From NCBI GenBank assembly GCA_002269645.1, contig NIVC01000986.1, positions 248,001-312,000 of the forward strand: 64,000 nucleotides of DNA, given 5' to 3'. Origin of the DNA: Macrostomum lignano. Lineage: Eukaryota. Of the stretch, positions 23,665 to 34,538 are shown in pieces. The notes beneath the pieces were generated by a model. The model did no database searches. It was not told where the DNA came from and saw only the letters and a program-made list of their open reading frames with translations. Each line of letters starts with the position of its first letter. Positions within the stretch are counted from its first letter, which is position 1. The position numbers were made by a program, and so were the translations under genes.

Positions 23665-26600
23665 GGGGCCTACGGCCGACCTTCAAGAGGTGCCCCTGTT
23701 CTTAACTAACGGACCGTACCACCACCGAGCCTGCGAAGAAGACCAAGAGAACGCGTCGAACTCCGAAAACCTTCTATCCGTCATGCGACTCCGCGGCGGC
23801 AACAGTGACATTTCAGTCCACCGCCGCCGGCCGCGTAGGAGACACAGGAGAGCAGCGTCGCGCAAAGCCGAGCCGGCCCAAGAGCTCCTCGTGCAGTTTA
23901 ACTGCAATGGCATCAAAAGCCGTAATACGGAGCTGGCCCACAGGCTGGCCTCCCTGCGCCCCGCCGCTATACTCCTTCAGGAAACCAAGCTTAAGAAAGA
24001 AGAAGATTATAACCCGCCGTGGGGATACGTGGTGGCCTCCAGGGAAGACGGAGTGCATAACGCCGGCCCCGATGACCGCGCTGTCGTGACACCTGCTCAG
24101 CCAAATCGGCCACCCGACACTAACGGTACAGGCGCCGCCGGGACACGACGCCGTACCAACCCGCGCTGCCGGCTGAGATTCCCAGAACTCCGCGAAAACT
24201 GGTGCGCCGGATGTCGCAGCGGCCGTACCGCCTGCAGCGTCCGTTTCACACCATGGCATGGCGCAGACAACCAATCTGTTCAAACCAGTGCATCCGGACG
24301 AGAAATCACCAGCACGCCACCGCCAGCCCAGTCCACTATCCCAAAAACCAACAAAAAAATTACAGGACGGGGAGGTACTATGGTGCTCGTCCGCGATTAC
24401 GTCCAGTACGACAGACTCAAAGTCGATAGAGAACACGACCTCCTGGACGTTGCCGCCTGCCGCATCCGCCTCAAAGGACAACAGCCGATCGTGATAGCAT
24501 CTATCTATGCACCACCCTCCAGCTGCCAACGCCCCGATAACACCTGGCAACCCAGCTTCACCAATCTCTCGACTACGGGTAGAGTCATCCTCGGAGGCGA
24601 CTACAACGCACACGGAAGCTGGGACCGCAACATTGATGAAGATCTCAGAGGCCAGACCGTCGACGAGTGGGTCGCCCGCAATGGGCTCGTCATCTGCAAT
24701 ACCACCTGCCACACACGCACCTGCCCCAGTACTGGCCGCCTCAGTAGCCCAGACGTGACCATCTGTAGTAGCACCATTGCCGGATCCATCACGGACTCCT
24801 GGAAGACGCTAACAGACTGGGGAAGCGATCACCTGCCGATCGTTTTTCGGCCTCCCAGCCTCTAACACCGGAAAGACCCGTCACTGCGGGCAAAAACGCT
24901 GGATCTATAAGAAGGCAGACTGGGGAGCCTTCAGGGAGTCGCTAAATACCTGGGCAGAATCCGAACGCAACGACACCACCTTAAACACAGAGGCCACACG
25001 CCTTGCCGAAGCCATCCTGAACGCAGCAAGACTTGCCATCCCGCGCAGCTCTGGGAAAGAGACGAGACGCCTGCCGTTCTGGAACGACGCCTGCGAGGAG
25101 GCCTCCAAAGCTACACGTGCCGCGAGACAATCCGCAGAAAAAGAACCGACACCATAAAATATTATTGCCGCAAACAGAGCCCGCCACAACGCCTCAGGCT
25201 GTCTCCGGAGGGAGAAAAAAGCCTTCCTGTTCGACAAAGCGGCAAATTTCAGCCAGGACTCGGACATTTTTGGCTAACTCCGCGCTATGAGAGGCGATGG
25301 TTTTAAAACTCCGGACCCGGCTGCCATCGTCAGGGCCGCCTCCCCAGACTCGCCGGAGCGCACCGCCCGCACTAACAAAGAGAAGGCCGAACTCTTTTGC
25401 CAACTCTACGCCGAAGTTAGCCGAGTCCCCAGACGGAAAAATGACTCGGCCATCAGATACGAAGCGAACGAGGCCACCACGCCTATGGGTGACCCCCAAA
25501 CAGACGGCCCGGACGCCCCTTTCGAGATCGACGAGCTCCGCGCCGCTATCCGATGTCTCAAATCAGGGAAGGCTGTGGGAACCGACGGTGTCTCCAACGA
25601 GATGCTTAAACGCCTCCCGCCGGCCGCTGACAAAGCCTTACTCAGCCTCATCAACCGCACCTGGCGGGAGGGCAAAACACCTACCAGCTGGCGAATTGGC
25701 ACCATTATACCGATCCAGAAAAAAGGGAAAGACGCCGCATCACCGGATAACTACCGCCCCGTCGCACTTACCAGCTGCATCGCCAAGTGCGCGGAGCGCA
25801 TGGTTCTGGCCCGTCTTAATTATGACCTGGAGAGCCGTGGCGGCCTCACGCCCACTCAAGCTGGTTTTCGTCGCGGTCGTAGCACCGAGGAACAGCTCGC
25901 GCGAGTCTGCCAAGCCATTTTTGACGGCCTCGAGAGTCTACCGGCGCTACGCAGCATCCTCTGCCTCCTCGACTTCTGCCGAGCGTATGACAGAGTATGG
26001 CGCCTGGCCCTGTATGCCAAAATGCACCGCATGGGCATCCCCAAGCGCATCATCCGCTGGATCCGCGGCTTCCTGTCGGACCGTCACAACGCAGTCCGCT
26101 GGGTTAACGCCACGAGCCGCAACAGAGTCTTCCGCGAAGGTCTGCCACAGGGCAGTGTGCTAGAGCCCACGCTGTGGAATATCTATGTCAACGATTTAGC
26201 CCAAGCAGTCGCCGAGGCGAACCCTTTGGTCAGCCTCAGTCTCTACGCCGATGACTCGGCCTTACTGGCGACCGCTCGCACACTCGACATCTGTGCCAGA
26301 GAACTCCAACCAGCCCTGGATGCAGTGGCCGACTGGTGCCGAGATTGGAAAGTCTCCATTAGCACTGGGAAATGCTGCTACTCCACCTTCACTCTAGCGG
26401 CAAATGAAAACAACGGCAAACGGAGAGTGAACCTCCAGATCAACGGCGACAAGCTTGCCTTCGATCCAACACCGACCTTCCTGGGACTCACTCTTGACGA
26501 CAGCCTAAGTTTCAGCCACCATGCATCAAAGATCCGTAAAAAGATGGCCGCCCGCAGAAGACCTCTCACTGCCCTCGCTACCAGATCGGCCGGTGCGGAC

Positions 26601-28010
26601 AGTCAGATCCTCCGCATGGCTTACATCGCCATCGTTCGCTCTGTTGCCGACTACGCGTGCGGGGTCTGGGGGTCCTTCACTGCAGCCAGCTCTAAGCTGC
26701 TGATCGACCGCCAACAGCACAGCTGTGCGCGGATCATCACTGGGTGCCTCCAACTTACTCACATCCGGGACCTGCTTGCGGTGGCGAACCTGTCGCCCTT
26801 CAGCCATCTGGTGCTACAACGTAGTGCGACGCTCAGAGAAAGAATCCTACGTCTCCCGCAGGACACTCCAGCACTTCAGGTCGCCAAAATGGACACCCGA
26901 CCACGACTGAAGAATCGAGCCTTTGAGAGCCACCAGAGAACACCGAGAGACCCAAAGGACATCGTCACCGTCCTCCACGACTACCAGCGAGAACACCGTG
27001 GTTGCTGGCGCCGCGTTAGCCAAGAGCTCGACAGACAGGGGTTGCTCAACGGCCCCACCAGGGAGCCCGCTCCGCAGCCCCAGCCGCCGTGGACGGCCCA
27101 CGAAGCGATCACCTTCGACCTCAGCTTGGCTACGCAGTGCAGCCGCAGCCAGCCCCAGAGCCTCCGCAGCGATACTGCACTGAGGTACCTCGAGGAGCGC
27201 GGCTCCCACCCGGTCAGCGTTTGGACTGACGGCTCGGCCGCCGGGGGCACATCGGACGGCACCAGCGCAGCGGTGATCATCACCCCATGCTGGGGTCGGG
27301 TCGTCACCAGCGCTGCAGGGAACATCTGCAGCAGCACCCAGGCGGAACTTCAAGCCATACTGCTTGCCATCCAGAATACCAGAGAGCATCAATGTATCGA
27401 CATCTTTACTGACTCCCAGGCGGCCATTTACAACATCATGGCGGGCCAGCGCAGCAACAGCAGAATTGTCTCCGAAATTTGGAACCAGAGTAGCGATCAC
27501 TCCATCCGCATCACCTGGATACCGGCTCACTGCGGCATCCCCATGAACGAACGCGCAGATAGGGCGGCTAGATTGGCGACCGCAGATCAGAGCGACCATG
27601 GTGCCCCCATCATGGCAGCCAGCGCTTACCTCTGCCGGAAAAGACGTGATCTAGACCTCGAGCTTTGGGGCCGTAAGGCGCCATGGCCAAGACTCCCAAC
27701 CTTGCCGAGGAAACTTGAGGTCCTGGTCAACCAGCTCCGCGCCGGCTGCAGCAACCTTGCCGCCGCCACTAGACTCCGACTCGGCCTGTCCGACTCCGAC
27801 GTGTGCCCGGACTGCGGAGCTCGCGACACCGAGCAGCACATTCTTTTCGACTGCCCACGAGGGTTCGCGGCCCGCCCCGGCGAACAAGACGCACTCCTGG
27901 TTGACGCGAGCCTCACCATCAACCTTCTTCGCAGGCTGGGGCGCATCTAGCGCCCCCGTCCCTTGCAGCCCAGCTGACATCGAGACGTGCGGTGCAGAGA
28001 GAGAGAGAGA
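23663..28010 (+). mobile_element. Near full-length single-ORF APE-RT-RNaseH-CCHC non-LTR retrotransposon (I/Ingi-like group), degenerate
   Basis: APE motifs (QFNCNG, LQETKL, GGDYNAH, PDVT, GSDHLPI), RT motifs (YRPVALTS, QAGFRRGRST, LDFCRAYD, GLPQGSVL, YADD), RNase H (WTDGS, QAELQAI, FTDS, WIPAHCG) and CPDCG..EQHILFDC. One frameshift at a T-run near 24845 and in-frame TAA stops near 25153 and 25275. Confidence 0.93.
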
Positions 28011-28487
28011 GCAGCAGCAGCAGCAACATATTAACAGATTATGTATTTTATAGATTAGATGTATATATTATTTTTACAATTAATTTAACTATCCCAATCA
28101 ATACAAGACTGACTATGAAATAGTGTAAAAATGGGCTAGAATATATTTTTATCTCAATCAGTTCCTCTTTTAATAGCCCCTTCCTTGTTGTATGTATGTC
28201 TTCTAATTGTTGACAGAAAGTATATTTTTGGGAGAGTTTGTGTAATAGGGTTTGACACATAGACTAAATTGTATGGGAATGAACTGTATGAAAATTGTAT
28301 GCTGTCTATAGTAATCAATAGTCAGTCTATTCATCTGAACATGGACTTCTATACTTAACATAGATAAGTATAGAAGTCCATGATCTGAATATCGACATCT
28401 CAATAGCTGAACATGGCTGTACGTTTGTAGTGGCGAGCATGGTCGGTGCACACGACTGGCTGTTAAAATTGGAAAATTGATTGAGAT

Positions 28488-29580
28488 AATAAATAGAAAG
28501 CTTAATATCAACATTTGAATGTGATTTCAATTTCTAACAACTTCAACGCGTTTCGCACGCCATGGTGCATCGTCAGGATTTTATTAGAACGATTTGAGAA
28601 ATTGCGATTGAAAGCGATTGATTAAATATTGGTTTTTGCAACGTACACAGGTAAGGAGGGTAAGAATGAAAACAATTGATTACAACTTGGCTTTAACAAC
28701 ATACATAGGTATAGTAGGTAGGAGAGAGAATTATAGATTGAGAATGAAAGTTAAACCAAATGTACACAATTCTTGTCCAGTGGTCAAAAGGCAGAATCAG
28801 GGGCGGTAGCTAGCTTAGGTAATTGAACGTCAAGCTAAGTGTACACAGCGTGCACGACTGTGTCACTCACTGTTCAGAAAACGCGGAGAACGTGACCTGC
28901 ACCACTATGTTGTAATTGGGTGTTGAGATTCGGGGTCTGAGCTTTTATGTGCAGGGCCTCGAGAATTCTAAGTTTGGCGTCAGTATGGCTTTGGTCAATG
29001 ATTTTAAAGTGTTCTTCTGGTTTGCAGTCATTGCAGTTAGTGCATTCAAGGAGGTGAGTTTGTATAGCGGATGGTTTGAGCCAGTGTTCCCTGATCCTCG
29101 TGTGTAGGTGTCTTTTGGTTTTCCCCACGTAGGAGACGCTCTGGTCCACAGAGCAGTTAAATTGGTAGACAACACCTGCACGCAGAGTACAAGGAACACG
29201 CGACTTTAATCTGCTAACAAAGTTCCCAATCTTGTTCGTGTGGAAGACGACCCGGATGTTACGATTGAAAGAGGCAAAGAATAACCTACGCATTCTGTTT
29301 TTAAAGGCTAGAGATGGAGGTCCGAGGAAGGGGAGACGCAGAATGGGTTCAAATTCTTCAGTGGTGACAGATTGCTCAGGTTTTTGTTTGGTGATTTTGT
29401 CCGAGATGAACTTGTTGACGATTTTTTGGACCAGACAAACGGGGTAGTCATTTTGCAATTTCGCAATTTCTCAAATCGTTCTAATAAAATCCTGACGATG
29501 CACCATGGCGTGCGAAACGCGTTGAAGTTGTTAGAAATTGAAATCACATTCAAATGTTGATATTAAGCTTTCTATTTATT
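28488..29580 (-). mobile_element. 5'-truncated Penelope-like element: GIY-YIG end of the ORF (28874-29458) with an inverted pseudo-LTR copy
   Basis: GVVYQFNC...YVGKTKRHLHTRIREH and LRILEALHIKAQTPNLN; a 120-bp inverted repeat 28488-28607 / 29461-29580 abuts the truncation point. Confidence 0.88.
28540..28581 (-). ncRNA. Minimal hammerhead ribozyme motif in the PLE pseudo-LTR (second copy on + at ~29486-29528)
   Basis: CTGACGA, stem II GCAC/GTGC, GAAA, palindromic ACGCGT, then GTT; stem I pairing is weak. Confidence 0.65.
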
Positions 29581-30139
29581 CTTCTCGCCAAGCGAGCGAC
29601 TCTACCAGCATTCTACTTTGATTGAGATAAACCAACTGACAGCTGTATATTAATTAGTAAGTCGAGAAAGATCACAATTTTTTTTATGTTGCTTCTGCCA
29701 TTTTTAAATCGTTTGTACATATATATTATTTATTTATGCGATTATATTTTTGCTCATGGTTTGTACATACTATTGGATCCATAGTTGATTGGCTGACTTT
29801 GTTTCAAAGCGGTCAATTCATTGGGTTGTTAAATAATCGTAAGTGTAAAGTGCATGCCGTTACCGTTATGCATACGTTATAAAATTTGTTTGTATAAATA
29901 TTTAAGTGGTTTATTGACCAATATTCCGTGGCTGGTTGTTGACGCCAAAACTGTGTCCAAACCATGTACATACAATTTCAGATGGGTCAAGGTTTTAGTC
30001 ATGGCCAGTTGCTGTCAAACTTGTCCTCATAGATGTCAAAGGTGTGTGATTATAATTGTCAATGTTGCTTTGCTAGTGACTGTAATCAAAGCTGCTAACC
30101 AGTCACTGTGGTCACATCACCCATCAATCGGGGTCACAT

Positions 30140-30950
30140 CACTAGTCAACATGGTCACATCACCAGTCAATGTGGTCACATCGCCAGTCCCCGCGGTCAC
30201 ATCACAAGTCAATCGGGTCATATCACCGGTCAATGTGGTCAGATCTCAAGTCAATCGGGTCATATCACCGGTCAATGTGGTCACATCACTAGTCAATAAT
30301 GTCACATCACCAATTAACACGGTCACATCACCAGTCACCACGGTCACATCACCAGTCACCGTGGTCACATCACCAGTCAACATGACCACATCACCAGACA
30401 ACATGGTCACATCACCAGACAACGCGGTCACATCACCAGTCATCGCGGTCACATCACCAGTCACCGCGGTCACATCACCAGTCACCGCGATCACATCACC
30501 AGTCAATATGGTCACACCACCAGTCATCGCGGTCGCATCATCAGTCAACGCGGTCACATCACTAGTCAATAATGTCACATCACCAATTAACACGGTCACA
30601 TCACCAGTCACCACGGTCACATCACCAGTCACCGTGGTCACATCACCAGTCAACATGACCACATCACCAGACAACATGGTCACATCACCAGACAACGCGG
30701 TCACATCACCAGTCATCGCGGTCACATCACCAGTCACCGCGGTCACATCACCAGTCACCGCGATCACATCACCAGTCAATATGGTCACACCACCAGTCAT
30801 CGCGGTCGCATCATCAGTCAACGCGGTCACATCACCAGTCATCGCGGTCACATCACCAGTCAACGCGGTCACATCACCAGATAACAATGTCACATCACTA
30901 GTCAACGCGGTCACATAACCAGTCAACACGGTCATATCACCAGTCACTCT
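30140..30950. repeat. 21-bp minisatellite (GGTCACATCACCAGTCANCGC) with a ~270-bp higher-order duplication, flanked by 88-bp direct repeats at 30012-30099 and 31009-31096
   Basis: Direct inspection; the flanking repeats differ at only a few positions. Confidence 0.9.
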
Positions 30951-33370
30951 CACTCTTACTCAAATACAATAATCGGGCTGTAATAGATCAACCAATTAAT
31001 AGTTTTAACTGTCAAACTTGTCCTCATAGATGCCAAAGGTGTGTGATTATAATTGTCAATGCTGCTTTGCTAGTGACTGTAATCAAAACTGCTAACATTG
31101 TGTATGTATATATGTATGTATGTATGTATGTATGTGTGTGTGTGTGCGTGTGTGTGTTTGCGCACGGGGCATTTGTTGGGCCATCCGCGTACAACGGGAC
31201 CCGCACTGTTGGGCCAAAAAATGTTGGGACTGTCCCATCAAGTCCGTCCAACACTTCCAAAAAACTTACAATAGCAGCTCAAAAAAATACTCTTTGGATT
31301 CAGCTCGACAGCCTCTTTTTGATGGTGCAACTCATTTTTAATAGTTTTACTTTCTGAGTCCATAATTAAGCAAAAACTGGCGTCCCAATAATGAAAAATG
31401 ATACAAAATTCGACCAAATCACTATTGGGACACTGAAATGGCTAATCTGCTCCCGCATATTTTTATTGGTTTTTTCTCATATTTTTACTAATAGTAGATT
31501 TCAAGCGCATTCATTTGCTGCAGTCTTTGTTTCAAGACTTATATACATAGCATACATTAAATACATACATAGCAAAACATAGCAAAATACTTTTAAGGGT
31601 ATTTTATTGTCAAAGGATGGTTCTGGATGGAGATAAACCTAAAGAAATGACAAGGGCTTACATGTACTTTTGACTGTGATGGGCATCAGTACTCTACACG
31701 AACTAAATTGTTAGGACAGTGTTGCAGTGTTGAATACAACAGCCCACTCTTGTTAGGACTCATGCTATTGACTGCTGCGCGCATTCGATATTCTATAAAT
31801 TGTTGGGACTGTGTGCTAGAGTGTCGTTTACAAAAGCCCACTCATATTAGGACTTACCCCGTACATGTTAGGACTAAGCCCTACCCCCCTGTGTACATGG
31901 CTCCAATTTACCAGAGTCCCCTTGCTAGTTAAGTGTACATTTATTTTTTGGTCTATTATTGACGCCACCCCGCAAACGTACGGTAAACAAAATTGGCATG
32001 TACTCGCTATGCTGAAATCAATGGTCAACTCTGCCTCTGCCATGGCACCCGAGTCACCATGGTATGGAAAGGAACAGCATGGAATGGCACAGCGAGAAAC
32101 ATGTAAGTGGTATTAAAAAACTTTGTCGGAAACAAGAAGCATTTATAATTTAAATGCTATAAAAAATACTGCTCCTGCTAAGCAGTACCTACCTTTACTT
32201 CAGGTATATCACCTTTGATCAACTGCCATGTGGCGCAATTGCCAAAGGATCCGTCGACTTTAACCGGTAAGCTGTAAAAGCTTTGAGTAAAACTTGACAT
32301 TTCGTCTGAATCCATTGACATTCAATAGCCTACGTGTCCAACCACAAATATTATAAGTTTTGTACTTTTAACTCTCAGATTGGGTCTTAGCAGATTCTAT
32401 AGCTATGCATGCAAGGGCCCCTCAGAGGAGATGCTTAAACACTGCAGTGCATTTTTCCTAGCAATTATTGGGACACGAAGTGTTGGGCCACTGTGTGTGT
32501 GTCTAGTTTTTTCCGCATTTGTTAAGTCACCTAAAGAACTCAATTAATAAAGGGCTCCAGAACAAATTGATGGGCAAACGGATGACACACTGCACAGAGA
32601 CTTGTTGGGACATATTAAAAACAGCTTATTTTAGAATGGGTACACTTTACTAAAGTAGAATGCTCCTACAGAAAGCTGCAAGCAAACTAGCATCTTCTGG
32701 AGCTGACATGCAGAGAAGAATGATTTTGTCGTCCTTGAAATCACTAAATAGATATGCGAAATCGATCTTTTGCTAATCCCACCACAGGTTCCAGTGAAAA
32801 GAAGAAACGAAACCCATTGACTAAATTGGCAGTCGACTCAATCGATGCCGACTGCAACGGACCTGTCAGCTTCGAACTCAGGAGAGCAGCTAATAGTCTA
32901 CGAGCGTAATGCTGGATGCCAGAGTTCTCTAAATAACGAGACTCCTGTTTTCTCACTCGACCGGAATTTGTTGTTTAATCTGCTTAACTAATCTCTGCGT
33001 TTTAGTTTTTCAGTTTCACTGTCAATTTTAGGTTTTTTCCTAAGCGCAAGTGTAATTGAATTTTTTATTCATATTAGTCAGGCATATTGCGTACAGCATT
33101 ATAGCGTATTAGTAAAGGTAAAGGTAAATAGACTGCTTGTAACTAGTTTTTCCTTCATGTGGATTGGCTTTAACGAAGCCTTTTGTATTTCAAGTAATGC
33201 TGAATTCGCTGGACTGAGGACAATATAGTTACACGATGTTACGCTATTACTTCACTTTCAATAGATCATACTATTAGTATAGGACGTGCTTTTTTATTTG
33301 AATGTATGCTTTTTTTCATCATTTAAATGCTAAAAATACTTAATAGGTCATTGCACTGTGTGTATGTGTG

Positions 33371-34530
33371 ACTACTAAGGGCCGGCAGATCCGTTGATTT
33401 TGGGAGGGGGGTGGGTGTCAACCCTCCTCGCCTCTCATTGGCGCGCGCGCCGCAGGCGCGTGGCGCCAAGCGCCATCCAGGCGCGCCAATCAGGCGCCCA
33501 TGCCGCAGGCGGCCCTACCGACATGTACACCCTCCCCAGCCGCAGGCAACCCTACCGACATGTATGCCGCAGGCGCACCCTCCCGATATGTACCCCGATA
33601 TGCCCACCCTCCCGATATGTACCCCGATATGTTTGCCCTCCCTCCAGAGCAGCAGGCGCCCATGCCGCAGGCGCCCCACTCTCCCAAGCCGCAGGCATCC
33701 CGAGTGTACACTCTCCCGAGCCGCAGGCACCCGAGTGTACACTCTCCCATACCGCAGGCACCCCGAGTGTACACTCTCCTCAGTACACTCTCCCGATATG
33801 TCGTCAATGATATTAGGCTAGTGAAAACTACTTATAGTAGGTGAAATTGAGTATATTTACATAAAAAGTATAAAAAACATATTGGTAGGTGCGAATAATG
33901 ATGCATAATGCATCATATTAAAATGTACATATTGGAGCAAAATAGGAATATGAGCAGCAAAAAAAACACAACGTAGACGCATATTATATTGACAGAAAAG
34001 CGGGTGAAATAGACAAAATAATACAAAGCGGGTACTGTAAGCGCTAATAAAACATAGGTGGAAATACACACAAGTATAATAATACAGGAAAATTACATAG
34101 CATATAATGTAGGCAGATTTTAAACATTACATTTTGCATATTAACCCGCAGGCACAAATTTCAATGCATAGGATAAAATACACACACTGGAAGTTAAGTA
34201 TAATACAACATATGTATGCAAAATTAAGCATATAATGTAGGTGCAAAGTAAAATATCCAGCCCAGGATATTCGAGACACGCCCCCAGAGCCAGGGCCGGG
34301 GGATCCCAATGTACAGTGCGGGCAGAGTAACATAGAGAAATTCAATTCCTCCCCAGGGCCGGGGGATCCCAATGTACAGTGCGGGCAGAGAGGAGTAACA
34401 GAGACCGCCCCAATGCACAGTGGAGGTAGCAGACCGCATACAAAGAGAATTCTCTCCAGGGGAGCTTCCAAATAGGTTTTATTATCTCAAGTGCCGCGCA
34501 GACAGGGGAATCTCAGTCAAGGGAGGCGTA
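33371..34530 (+). repeat. Left terminal inverted repeat of element A (~1.16 kb)
   Basis: Near-identical reverse complement of 41945-43128; the ORF track shows mirrored identical translations. Confidence 0.95.
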
Positions 34531-34538
34531 AGGCCTTA

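Noticed and set aside
33394-34471. ORFs inside the TIRs (mirrored at 42008-43196)
   Set aside because: They arise from GC-rich iterated TIR sequence and have no coding signature.
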